A stretch of 64,000 nucleotides of DNA. Origin: Glaucostegus cemiculus (Eukaryota). Location of the stretch: positions 7,688,001 to 7,752,000 of the forward strand of contig CDPCPM010000074.1 in NCBI GenBank assembly GCA_976551045.1, written 5' to 3'. The stretch's first letter is position 1. Every line of letters starts with the position of its first letter. Positions 48,872 to 61,510 of this stretch are shown piece by piece. The notes under the pieces are model-generated. The model did not search any database, had not been told where the DNA came from, and saw nothing but the letters and a program-made list of their open reading frames with translations. The position numbers and the translations under genes are program-made.

Positions 48872-50804
48872 CTGGACAATAATCCTTCCTACAGGTGGCT
48901 ATTGGAACAAAATTGTGGTTGAAGTGGGCGATAATGAAGTGTGATGTGTTGCAAATAGCAGGTCAGGGCAAGCTAATGGTGAGAGATGAAAAAAGTGAGC
49001 CAGTATCACAGACGGATGACTTACCCTGTCCCTGTACTTTTTTTTTATAATAGTAGCAACAATAACTAATTCAGTCATGTAATACCAATCAATAAATCTC
49101 CAGTAAACACTATTGTATTCAGCTGAGAGAAATATAAACTAAGCAAATTTTGATAACTTGTTCTAAGCAATAGTATACAAATTTAAGCTGTGACAATTTT
49201 TGTACTGATCTATGTAGCAATATCATTACTAATGCAATTTTACTGCAAGAAGTATATGTAATGGATTTCCTGCTGGACTTTCTATGATGTTGTCAGTCAG
49301 ATTTCTGTCCCTGGACACAGCCCAATCTTAATTTGTCCAAGCTGGGAATAATGAGGAGGAATTGCGTCAAAATGGGGTAAAAATCCATTTAATTTTGCCA
49401 CTTTTGAAGTACCAACCTTTGTTTGCCAAAGCACTCTCCTGATTTGGGTGATCGATCTCATGGGGGGTCCCAGATTGCTATGTCTGAAAAGAGTAGAGCA
49501 GAGCAAATGCAGTATACTTCTGACCAGATCTGATGTGTGGTAACGGAGTCCACAAAATACAAGTTTAAAATTATTTAACTGAAGTAAGGAGACAAGTTGT
49601 TCAAAATTGACTGCTGTATTTCCAGTTTAGCTGTAGTTTCTGATTTCCTGAAGACATAAAGAAAAATGTGTTATAAATTCAGTTCTTTATTTTCCCCTTC
49701 AATATTATACTGTCAGTTGCCTGTATGCATGTGTGATAATGTGGACAGTAAGAACAATTTAAATGAGCTTGGTTGTATGCATCACACGTTCTGTGAGTTC
49801 CAGATATGCAAAACTTTAAAATTTTATTTATAAAAACCTAGATGGAACTACTTTTGACAAATATGCTTCCAAGCAATTTAAAAATAGTTCTGGCTCATTT
49901 TGCTGTCTGCCATTCCTAAAAATTGCCACAATTCACTACCACAAATTGCAGCTGTCAAATAATGAGAGGCAACTGGGACAGAATTGGAAGTTACAAGTCC
50001 TCTTGTATAGCTACTGTTGAGAAATTGCCTCCTTTTGTAAAACTTTTACTTTAGCATGGTATTGAAAGATAACAAGGTATCATTGCTCTTATTGATTTGG
50101 AAAAGACAGTGATTGTGGAACTAAAGATAAGCTATCTACGTATTTGGGTGGTTCAGCAAAGTTTAAACATTTTGAACGGCCTTGCACAATAACTGGTAAT
50201 GTTTGTAAGACATAGCAATATCTTTAACGTAATGACAGCAACAGATACATGACCTAAATGATATCTATATCTCATAAACAAGGCACATAAGGTCAATGGA
50301 ATCGGGTAGGTTTCCTTTAACCTGAATTCCCCTTATGATTAGTGTTGGATTTGGCTTTTGCTGTTGGTATCAGTAATGCCAACAAAAGAAAAACAAACTG
50401 AAATCAATGGACCTAGCCCATTTGGTCTAGAATGTAAAGACTAGCTTCATCAGTACAAATAGTGATCTGAAACTTTTAATAATTCCAATTTGTAACAGTT
50501 CTGTAAATTTAAGGAGATATGTTAAGTTTATAAGAAACAATAATTTGATAATGTATAAATTATTTGTGAAGGAATTTTTTTGAGGCACACCTAGCATTAT
50601 ATTGCCCAGGACGATATTAAGTGTCTGTGGTGTGTAATTATTTATTGATGTTCTGACATTGCAAAACATCACCAAGTAATATCCATTCATGACCGCCTGG
50701 TTTCACCTAATCATATGCCAGAAAATAATTAACAATTGCTTGTCCTTGAAAAATGCACAGATGGATTTTTTGTAATGTAAACACTTGAGGAAATTCTTTG
50801 GAAA

Positions 50805-53800
50805 TTTAGTTAATTTAGATTGCGAGGGGGGGGGGGGGGGGGGAAGGGAACCGGAGGAGTAGGTCAGAGGAAGAAGGGGATGGGGAAAAGTTGGATCTGA
50901 CAGGTAGAGAGGCTTTGAGGAAGGAGAAGCAGGGTACAGGCTATAGAAGTAGTAAGGTGGATAGGCTAAAATGCATTTACTTAAATGCAAGAAGCATCAG
51001 GAATAAGGGAGATGAACTGAGGACTTGGATAATGATATCCAAGGACTTGGATAATGATATGAACTGAGGACTATGATATTGTGGCTATTACAGAGACGGC
51101 TGACATCAGGGCAGGAACGGATATTGAATATTCCTGGTTTTCAGTGTTTTAAAAGGGATAGGGAGGGGGGGAGAAGAGGAGGAGGGGTGGCGATATTGGT
51201 CAGGGACACTGTTACAGCTGCAGAGAGGGTAGATAATGTAGAAGGATCCTCTCTAGAGTCAATATGGTGGAAGTTGGGAACAAGAAAGGGGCAGTTACCC
51301 TTCTGGGAGTATTCTATAGGCCCCCCTGTAGCAGTAGGGATACTGAGGAGCAGATTGGGAGGCAGTTTTTGGAAAGTTGCAAAACTAACAGGGTTATTGT
51401 AATGGGAGACTTCAACTTTTGAAATATTGATTGGCACCTACTTAGTGCCAAAGGTTTAGATGGGGCGGAGGCTAAGTGTGTCCAGGACAGATTCCTGACA
51501 TAGTATGTTGACGGGCCGTCTAGAGGGAATGCCATATTAGATCTAGCTTTAGGTAATGAACCAGGACAAGTGACAGATCTATCAGTGGGTGAGCATTTGG
51601 GGGACAGGGACCATTGCTCCATGACCTTTAGAATTGTCATGGACAGGGAAAGGAGCAAAGAGGATGAGAAGATATTTAATTGGGGAAAGGCGAATCATGA
51701 GGCGATAAGGCGAGAACTTAGGAGTGTAAATTGGGATGACATTTTTGAAGGGAACTATACTATTGGAGATGTGGTTGATGTTCAGGGATCTTTTGCAGGA
51801 TGTTAGGGATAAATTTGTCCTGGTGAGGCAGAGAAGGAATGGAAGGGTGAAAGAACTGTGGGTGACGGGAAAGGTGGAACAACTAGTTAGGAAGGAAGCA
51901 GCAGTATACATAAGGTGTAAGCAGCAAGGATTGGACAGGGCTCATGAGGAAGGAACTTTGGAAAGGAGAAAGGAAGGAACTTTGGAAAGGAGAAAGGAAG
52001 GAACTTTGGAAAGGGGAAAGGAAAGGAAGGAACTTTGGAAAGGAGAAAGGAAAGGAAGGAACTTTGGAAAGGAGAAAGGAAAGGAAGGAACTTTGGAAAG
52101 GAGAAAGGAAAGGAAGGAACTTTGGAAAGGAGAAAGGAAAGGAAGGAACTTTGGAAAGGAGAAAGGAAAGGAAGGAACTTTGGAAAGGAGAAAGGAAAGG
52201 AAGGAACTTTGGAAAGGAGAAAGGAAAGGAAGGAACTTTGGAAAGGAGAAAGGAAAGGAAGGAACTTTGGAAAGGAGAAAGGAAAGGAAGGAACTTTGGA
52301 AAGGAGGAAGGAAAGGAAGGAACTTTGGAAAGGAGAAAGGAAAGGAAGGAACTTTGGAAAGGAGAAAGGAAAGGAAGGAACTTTGGAAAGGAGGAAGGAA
52401 AGGAAGGAACTTTGGAAAGGAGGAAGGAAAGGAAGGAACTTTGGAAAGGAGGAAGGAAAGGAAGGAACTTTGGAAAGGAGGAAGGAAAGGAAGGAACTTT
52501 GGAAAGGAGGAAGGAAAGGAAGGAACTTTGGAAAGGAGGAAGGAAAGGAAGGAACTTTGGAAAGGAGGAAGGAAAGGAAGGAACTTTGGAAAGGACTGAG
52601 GAGAGTGAGAAGGGGACATGAAAAGGCTTTGGCGAGTAAGGTTAAGGAGAATCCCAAGGCTTTTTTCTCGTACGTAAAGAGCAGAAGGATAGCTAAAGTA
52701 AAGGTAGGTCCGATTAACGGCAAAGGTGGGAGGATGTGCCTGGAAGCTGTGAAAGTGGGTGAGGTTCTCAATGAATACTTCGCTTCAGTATTCACCAAGG
52801 AGAGGGGTCTTGATGATACTGAGAACAGTGTTGGTGAGGGTAATGTTCTAGAGTATGTAGATATTAAGAGAGGATGTGTTGGAGTTGTTAGAAAATATTA
52901 GGACAGATAAGTCCCTGGGGCCTGACGGAATATTCCCCAGGCTTCTCTGCGAGGTGAGGGAGGAGATTGCTGAACCATTGGTTAGGATCTCTGAGTTCTC
53001 GTTGCCCGCGGGGATGGTACCAGAGGATCGGAGGGTGGTGAATGTTGTCCCATTATTCAAGAAAGGTAGTAGGAATAGTCCAGGGAATTATAGACTGGCG
53101 AGCCTTGCGTCTGTGGTGGGTAAGCTGTTGGAAAGGATTCTAAGAGATAAGATCTATGAGCATTTAGAGAATCATGGACTGATTAGGGACAGTCAGCATG
53201 GCTTTGTGAAGGGAAGATCTTGCCTCACAAGCCTGATAGGGTTCTTTGAGGAGGTGACCAGGAAGATTGAAGGTAGTGGATGTGGTCTACATGGATTTTA
53301 GTAAGGTGTTTTGACACCTGGTTCCACATGGTAGGCTTCTTCAGAAGGTCAGAGGCCAAGGGATCTGGGGAAGCTTGGCTGTGTGGATTCAGAATTGGTT
53401 TGCCTGTAGAAAGCAAAGAGGTGTGGTGGAGGGAGTGCATTCGGATTGGAGAGTTGTGACTAGTGGTGTCTCACAGGGATTGGTTCTAGGAACACTCCTT
53501 TTTGTTATATTTATTAACTACTTAGATGAGGGGGTGGAGGGCTGAGTTAGCAAGTTTGCAGATGACACAAAGATTGGTGATGTTGTGGATAGTGTGGAGG
53601 GCTGTCAAAACTTGCAAAGGGATATTGATAGGATGCAGAGCTGGGCTGACAAGTGGCAGATGGCGTTCAATCCGGAGAAGTGAGGTAGTACATTTTGGAA
53701 GGACAAACCCCAAGGTGGAGTACAAGGTAAATGGCAGGATTCTGGGCAGTGTAGAGAAGCAGAGGGATCTGGGGGTTCATATCCACACATCACTGAAAGT

Positions 53801-54462
53801 TGCCTCATGGGTAGATAGGGTAGTTAAGAAAGCTTATGGGATGTTATCTTTCATAAATCGGGCGATCAAGTTTAAGAGCAGTGAAGTGATGATGCAACTT
53901 TACAAAACTCTAGTTACTCCACACTTGGAGTACTGTGTCTGGTTCTGGTCGCCCCATTATAGGAAGGATGTGGAGGCGTTGGAGAGGGTGCAGAGGAGAT
54001 TTACCAGGATGCTGCCTGGATTAGAGAGTATGCAATATGAGGAGAGACTAAAGGAGCTAGGGCCGTTCTCATTGGAGAGAAGGAGGATGAGGGGAGACAT
54101 GATAGGGGTATACAAGATATTCAGAGGAATAGATAGAGTGGACAGCCAGCGCCTCTTTCCCAGTGACCAATGCTCAAAACAAGAGGTCATGGCTTGAAGG
54201 TAATGGGTGGGAAGTTCAAGGGAGATGTCAGAGGGAGGTTTTTCACCCAGAGTGGTTGGTGCATGGAATGCGCTGCCTGGGGTGGTGGTGGAGGCTGATA
54301 CATTGGACAAGTTCAAGAGATTGTTAGATAAGCATATGGAGGAATTTAAGATAAAGGGATATGTGGGAGGAAGGGGTTAGATAGTCTTGCGTGTGGTTTG
54401 AAGGGCAGCACAGCACGGTGGGCCAAAGGGCCTGTATTGTGCTGTATTGTTCTATGGTTCTA
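50805..54462 (+). mobile_element. CR1 LINE with near-complete but frameshifted ORF2 (APE endonuclease + RT)
   Basis: LKCIYLNARSIRNKGDEL, VMGDFNF, VGEHLGDRDHCSMTF, NYRLASL.SVVGKLLE, SKFADDTKIG, HLEYCV.FWSPHYRKDV; tail gttctatggttcta; 5' boundary approximate. Confidence 0.93.
51947..52595. repeat. Purine-rich minisatellite, 29-bp unit (first two units 24 bp), 23 repeat cores
   Basis: ggaactttggaaaggag(a/g)aaggaaaggaa; cores at 51952, 51976, 52000, then every 29 bp to 52580. Confidence 0.98.
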
Positions 54463-54957
54463 GTTTAATGTTACAGTAAATTACTGCTTTGACATTCAAC
54501 AAGAACACTTGCCATCCTACTTACAGAGTCAACTAAAGTGTTAACAGTTTGATTCACTGCTCAACATGTGCAAGGGTCACAGAGAGCAAGTGGCTTGTTG
54601 AAATTGTGATGGACTCATCCATAATTGGCTGAACTGTCATTACAATTCAATGTGACATCATTGTCTGTAAATACTTGTATTGTGGGCAATGTCTTGGTTT
54701 GTGCTATTTGCAATAAAATGAAGGAAGAGTAAAATAAAAACAAGGGCAAACTATAAAGAATCTCTAAGGACATAAACCTGAAAAATATAGTAATAACAGC
54801 AAAAACACATTCATAAACAGCATAGCACTGTAGAAACATTGGGATTACCCAACTCACTGGGAATTCCAAAATTAGTGAAATTTGAAAACAAAATTGCTTT
54901 TTAGATGTATTTTCTGGTTAACATGATAGTTGCTGATGCAAATTGGAACAATGAAAA

Positions 54958-55483
54958 TGAAGTATTGTGTTCAGTTCTGGTCGTCTCACTATAGGAAACT
55001 TGTGGAAGCCATAGAAAGGGTATAGAGGAGACTTGCAAGGATATTGCCTGAAATGCGGAACATGCCTTATGAAAGCAGGTCAAGGGAACTCGGCCTTGTC
55101 TCCTTGGAGAGATGGAGGATGATGGGGGGACCTGACAGAGGTGTATAAGATGAGAGGTATTGATCGGGTAGATAATCAGAGGCTTTTCCCCAGGGCTGAA
55201 ATGGTAGCCACAAGAGGACGTAGGTTTAAGATGTTGGGGAGTAGATATAGAGGAGATGTCAGGGGAAAGTTTTTTAGTCAGAGTGGTGAGTGCGTGGAAT
55301 GGGCTGCTGGAAACGGTGGTGGAGGCAGACACAATAGTGTTTCAAGAGACTGTTAGATAGGTACATGGAGCTAAGTAAAATAGAGGGCTATGGGTAAGCC
55401 TAGTAACTTCTAGGGTAGGGACATGCTCGGCACAGCTTTGTAGGCCGAAGGGCCTGAATTGTGCTGTAGTGTTTCTGTTTCTA
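54958..55483 (+). mobile_element. CR1 LINE 3' fragment
   Basis: agtattgtgttcagttctgg...; YKMRGIDRVDNQRLFPRAEMVATRG; tail gggcctgaattgtgctgtagtgtttctgtttcta. Confidence 0.9.
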
Positions 55484-57149
55484 ACAATTTATTAATCTCA
55501 GTGAGAAAAAAAAAATCTCTCATTCCCTTATGCTCTTACAAGTCCATTAGTTTATATTGCTTTAAGATCTGCTTTGATATTTTTCTATCATATTTTACAA
55601 AAATAGTTGCAAGTGAATTATATAAACTCTTCTCATCGTTGGGAAAGTTTTTTCCCCAATCTGACTGGAAGTGAATTCATCATTCAGTCAAAAGTACAGC
55701 ACTCTATTTTTCTTACTTAACAGGAAGATTTATCTGAATGCTGTAGAGAGAAAATGGTGCCAAGAAGTCATGGATGCTTATGGAGGATGGATTACAGTGC
55801 TTCATTTAGCTTATAGTCTCTTAAAGAGTAGCACAAGTATCATTATGGGTTGCCTTGGAGACATCGAGCTAATCTACTCAATAATTGGAATATAAAGCTC
55901 CAACCAATGCTGGACCTAAACTTGGATTGAGTTAGGTGATCTTAATTGTGGTGACCTTTGGTGTCTTATAGTTGGTCTTGTTACTACTGGCTGTGCTAAT
56001 AAACTAAATAAAGCTATTTACCACAAATATAATTTCTGAACTCTTGCATGTTAGAATATTACTTAAGTCATACCATTGACTTCTATTGTACACTCCTGAT
56101 GTCTGATTTTTGTGGCTGGAAGGGACCTAAGATGATGTTTGGCAAGGATAGCTAGGGAAGGCAAATGCATTCCTGCAATTAGTAACTCCTGTGAAAACTG
56201 GAATATTCTGATAATAGAGGATATGGAAGAAAACTATGTACAAGCAGACTTTTTTTTACTGTTGTAAACATTGTAGTTTGAAAATATTGTACTATATTAT
56301 TTTTGGATCTTGAATGGGATCTTGAGGCACTGATATTGTTTTGAATTAATCCCTTTGCTTGCCTGTCAGAAAGTAGTTTCAAAGAAACATGTTAATATTT
56401 ATTTCTTTGTATCTCATCAGACTGACCTTCATGTTTATTCCTGACTTTTGATATTAACATCATAAACTATGTTTGAATTGGGAACATCATTCATACAAAC
56501 AGAAAAGTGCTAAAGAGTTATTGTTGAAATAGCCTTCATCAGTTGCTGCAGTATATTTTTGTACATGATGTATATTGTTTGTCATATGGTAACACAGAGG
56601 TGTGGAGTTCAAGGTTTAAAGGTTCCAGGACCCAAAAGCATTCATGTCCTTGTTTTTTCAATTGAGCAATCTTCATCAATTGAATAACAAGGCTTTGAAT
56701 CTAGAAAGCCCAACACTCAGTACACCCACCCAATTAGTGTTTAAACACTACATATCACCAGGAATCAAGATGTTACTTTGGGGAAAATAAAACAATTTAT
56801 TATAAGAGTACATGTTTGATTTGATACAATTTTGTAGAACCTAATGTACTACTTAAATTCAAGGAAGAGAAAACAATTTGTCAAAAACATGGTACGAAAC
56901 TCAATTAACCTTAAGCTTTATCTAAAGAGAATTACATTTAATGCTCTGGCTATTTCCATATTTCTGCATTTGAAAGAGGACTACAACCTTTAGAAAGATT
57001 TGTGATTTTAGTTTTATTCCAATACTAACATGCCTTTCACATTTTCATGTTAAAGATATTTCATAAAAGCAATGTTTATTTTCCCCATCCCCCTCAACTC
57101 AGAGTACAAGTAGATTTGTCATTTCTGTTTGCTTACCATTATAAGGTAT

Positions 57150-57620
57150 TGGTAGATCATTTACTTTTTGTATCAATGGTGGTCTCAAAATAACATTGGA
57201 TGGTGAATTCCAGGGTGTTGATCCAGTAATGATGAAATAAGGCCAGTTTATTTCCAAGTCAGGATAGTACGTAGTGGTGATAAAACAATATTGCTTTTGT
57301 TGTGATAGTGTCATTGCAAAAGAGTTATTGTTGAAGTAGCCTGAGTTGTTGTAGTATATCTTGCGGATATATTGTAAGTGAGGCATTAATAGTGGAGGGA
57401 TGGATCTTGAGTTCATAGACTGGGGCACATATCACCATTTAAAAAGGCAATACAAGGTTCTTGTGCAGTTGTAGCTGCACTTTGGCCCATTCATTTTCAA
57501 TTAATTCATTAATTGTAAATTTAGAGACGGGCTCTTCAATACACAACACAATTACAACCAGAATTCTGAATAATGAAACAGCCAAGCCAGCAGAATCTCT
57601 GGCAATGTGGCTTGAGCTGC
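57150..57620 (-). mobile_element. Degenerate LINE X 3' remnant
   Basis: gaattccagggtgttgatccag...atttccaagtcaggatag parallels 11280-11335. Confidence 0.45.
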
Positions 57621-57709
57621 AAGTGGCAGTTAACATTACTACCATGTACTTGATGAATGATTTGTTATCCCAAATTGACCTCATCAGGTGGTCCACCATC
57701 ATTATGGAA

Positions 57710-58070
57710 TGAAAAACACAATGATGCTGGAGGAACTCAGCAGGTCAGGCAGCATCCTTGGAGAAAAGCAGATGGTCAACGTTTCCGGTCAGAACCTTTC
57801 TTCAAGACTGAAGATGGGAAAAGGGGAAGCCCAATACATAGGAGGGAAAAGCAGCGCAGTGATAGGTGGACCAAAGAGGGGAGTTGGAGTGGGCACAGGG
57901 AAGTGATGGGTAGATGCAGGTAAGAGATGGTGATAGGCTGGTGCGTGGGAGGGGAGAGCAGATCCACCAGGGGATGGATAAAAGTTAAGAAAAGGGGGAA
58001 GCAGAAGGGCTAGGAAAGAGAAGATGCATGTTGTGGGGGGGTGGGTGGTCTTGTGGAGATTACATAAAGT
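57710..58070 (-). mobile_element. Penelope-like element 3'/pLTR fragment with the best-preserved hammerhead-like motif
   Basis: atgctggaggaactcagcaggtcaggcagcatc; minus strand 57775-57808 reads gtc-TTGAAGA-aaggttctgaccg-GAAA-cg-TT-gac. Confidence 0.8.
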
Positions 58071-58073
58071 GGG

Positions 58074-58346
58074 AACCATAGAATACAGCACAATACAGGC
58101 CCTTCAGCCCACCATGTTGTGCTGTCCATCAAACCTCACACAATCTAACTCTTTCCTCTCACATATTCCTCAATCCCACATTTCTCCATATGCCTATCTA
58201 ACAATCTCTTGAACCTGTCCAACATATCAGCCTCCATCACCACCCCAGGCAGCGCATTCCATGCACCAACCACTCTCTGGGTGAAAAACCTCCCTTTGAC
58301 ATCTCCCCTGAACTTTCCACCCAATATCTTAAAGCCATGCCCTCTT
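58074..58346 (-). mobile_element. CR1 LINE 3' fragment
   Basis: aaccatagaatacagcacaatacaggcccttcagccc...caggcagcgcattccatgcaccaaccactctctgggtgaaaaacc, the reverse of 54200-54460. Confidence 0.9.
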
Positions 58347-58559
58347 GGGAGAATTTAACAAATGTGTGGGTCTTTAGGCGTTGGACCCTGGAAACTGGCT
58401 GATATTCTGTGAGTGATAATGCTTTGAAAGGATTTCACTTCTTTTGGGTCACCCTGAAGGATCTAACACAATTGTCAGGTTCTTCTTCATGTGTTAATCT
58501 ACTATTGTGTGATCAGTAACTGTAGCAGGATTCCTACCTTCCATCCTCTGCAAATGGAA

Positions 58560-59000
58560 ACCATGCTGCCTGTGTCCTAACCCACACTATATCCTGTACA
58601 CACATCAACCCTTTGCACAGTAGCCTACATTGGGTCCTAATCTGGCAATGCCTCAATTTTAAATTATCAGCTTCCTTCAACATGCCTACATAGCCTTGCT
58701 CCTTCATATCTTTATAACCTTCAGGCCTGTGAAATCTAGTTCTGGTCTCTGGGCATTCCCAATTTTACTTCGTCAATTACTGCCAACAACATATTTGATG
58801 TCAGTGCAAGAGTTAGATGAAGCATAAGCCAACATTTATTTTTTAAAACCCACCTCTTTGACTAAACTTTGGTCATCTGTCCTAACATCTCATTATTTAG
58901 CTAAGTATCACATATTGTTTAATAATACTGTTGGGAAGCAGCATGGAGTCCTTTTACTACATAAATGGTGTTACATAATTGTAAATTGTTATTTGCTGAT
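58560..59000 (+). mobile_element. L2 LINE 3' end, degenerate
   Basis: acacatcaaccctttgcac..cctacattggg (HITP..LHW); ctttgactaaacttttggtcatctgtcctaa...ctgttgggaagc. Confidence 0.6.
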
Positions 59001-59554
59001 AGTGAGTATACACTTGGGAAACTACATCATCTCTGGCTGAATTCGCTCCCTGACAAACTGGCTGACACCTCAAAGCCTCTGTAAAGATATCACACTCCTT
59101 TTTGTCATATTATGGATGCATCAGTGAACAATTCAACACCAGATAAGAATGACAATTGTGCATCATTATATGAAATAATTTGGTGAATGCAAATGCTCTG
59201 AAATGGCAAACCACTGCCCTTTGGGCATGGTCAGAAATACTTTCATAAGTAGAACCTTGACTTGCACTCCACCCTTTGGAAGACTGATCCACAACCTCCT
59301 TTTGGATACTTAGCCACACTTATCAAAAATAGATTATATTCCTATTTATGGAATAAGTTCAGTGCACAAGAAGAGCAACAGAGTTATGGTTATTTTTGAC
59401 ATCAGCTCCATGGTCATTTAGTATTAAGCAATGGCCATTTGGTGATTGCATTTGATAGCAATGTAATCTTCTAATGTCTATTCATATCCTCTTAAAACAA
59501 CAGTTCCTTGTAACCTATAATTCTGATTCTTAAAACACAAATGGTAGGACGCTT

Positions 59555-59710
59555 GAGCAAAAATAGAAAGTGCTTGAAATACAGAATCCGATCATCTGTA
59601 CCTCCAAGTGAATGAGACGTGGGCCTTTCTGTGAGAACTGGCTATCACAGCTGTTCCGATGAAGGTATCCACCCGAAACATGAAGCTGACTTTCAGATGC
59701 TGACTAGCTT
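59555..59710. mobile_element. Degenerate, apparently head-to-head pLTR-derived element with hammerhead-like core
   Basis: Left arm agaaagtgcttgaaatac...catctg; right arm cagctgtt-CCGATGA-aggtatccaccc-GAAA-ca-tg-aagctg...cagatgctgac. Confidence 0.55.
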
Positions 59711-61039
59711 AGTGGCCTAGAATGATCCCCAAAGACCTGGACTCTACCATGAGAAGATCAATGAACTCCACACATGGAGTCAAGGCCAGTGAATACATCT
59801 TCAAAAACCACTCGTTGCCTCAATCGTTACACAGAGATAGAGTGAGTTGGGGAAAAGTCACACTGCTGGCAAAGAGATGGTGGTTTATATTTACTGCTTT
59901 TGATATGCTTCTTCTCTGTACTCAAAATTCATTCTACAAGGCTCAAAAACCTAGTCTATATTCTAGACCAGATTACAATGTACTGTTTGAGACCAAGATC
60001 TGATGGGCATGTTGCAAAGTTCGGAAGTTTGATTTAGTCCAATTATCATTTAGTACGGGAATGGCCTCATTAACCTTTACAGAATGAATAGCATTTGGGA
60101 TGTGTAAACTTGCAACAAGCGTGTTTCTTTAACTAAAAATTAGAACAAAAGGTTAAAATGCAGAACTGAAAAGGGGGTGTTAATCAGTAGCAATTCCTGA
60201 AATGATGCATTCTAATATTAAATTCCTGTTAAGCCACATTATAATAGGATAACTAAAACACCATAATCTATTTATAAAAGGGATTCATTTACTGGAAACA
60301 GTCACTCTGATTCTTACCCAGTAAAAGTACTGGGCACAACCCAAGGGCTACCCCACAATCTTGATTCTTTCAGTTTCTCATTCACAATGTTTCCTTTAAA
60401 CCTGTAACTTCTTTACTGCATCTGTTGCTGCAACTGTTACTGTGTCATTAAATGGTCTTACATTATCAATTTGCATTACATCTGGCTTGACAAACTGAGC
60501 ACAATCAGTGGCCTGTAGATGACCCCAGCATCAAGGTGTATGCTGGTGTTCACTGTGACTGCAAGGAGGTGGTGTTTAGGGGATTATTAATGAATGATCT
60601 TGTTAGGTCTAACTACTTAATCCTTGTGGGATTATTTCAAACAATCTGGATTTTGAGCATCTTTTTATATTTACTGTGTAGGGTTGGGAGTTAGTTTGGG
60701 TAGTGAGATGAGACTGCATGATCTTCATTCATACCTCCACCTACAAAGTCGGTGAGAACTAACTACCAGTCTATTAAAAACTGAAGTAACACCATACCAA
60801 ACCAGTACTCTGTCTTATCATCATAGGCGTTGAAGTTGAGAGTGTAGTTTGTTGGGGACAATGGTGTGTGAGAACAAGTTGTCACCTGCACCTCATACTC
60901 TAGGCATACCAAACACTGGAGGGGGGGAAAAAATAACACAAAGAAACCCCATTACTAGAATATTTAAAATCACCCCTTTTAATGGAAATTCATGAAAGTG
61001 AATGATGCTTGCTGGCTAGTTTTACTCTTAAGTCCTTTG

Positions 61040-61510
61040 ATAGGTTAGGTGAACTAATGTCAATGTTCTCTCCCAGGTCAGGATCGTAAGCTGTGAAGCC
61101 TTAATTACACCAAGCCAGTTGTATTGGCAGATCACCTTGTCAGTATGCCTGACACCAGACTCCTGAAACAGGCATTCTATTTCTGAGCTTGTGTTAGGAA
61201 GAGATTACTAGGCAGATGAAAGAAAAGATCCAAGGATGTCCTCAAAGCCTCCTTGAAAAATGCAACATCCTATTGCTCCTGGTAATCCCTGGACCATGAT
61301 CATTCAGACTGGAGAAAGAACATTTGGGATGGCACTGAGAATCTTGAGTCCATGTACCAGTTAAATATAGAAGCTGAGTGTAATCAATCTCACAAACACC
61401 CACCCGTCTGTCCACCTGTCCTGTCAGACACCACCTACCCAGTCTGTGGTTGAGTCTGTGGTTTCTTGATTGGCTTCATTGGTCACCTCAGAACCCATAA
61501 AACTGGAGAA
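61040..61510 (+). mobile_element. RTE-clade LINE 3' end
   Basis: QLYWQ..LVSMPDTRLLKQAFY; KDVLKASLKN/KCNI; terminal C2H2-like VCG.VCG..IGFIGHLRTH. Confidence 0.8.

Noticed and set aside
50826-50843. 18-nt poly-G run as a functional G-quadruplex
   Set aside because: It appears to be an expanded G-tract at the 5' edge of the CR1; homopolymer length is unreliable and nothing supports a function.
51736-52901. Lys/Glu/Arg-rich and Phe/Ser/Pro-rich ORFs of 225-303 aa
   Set aside because: They are translations of the stop-free 29-bp array within a frameshifted CR1.
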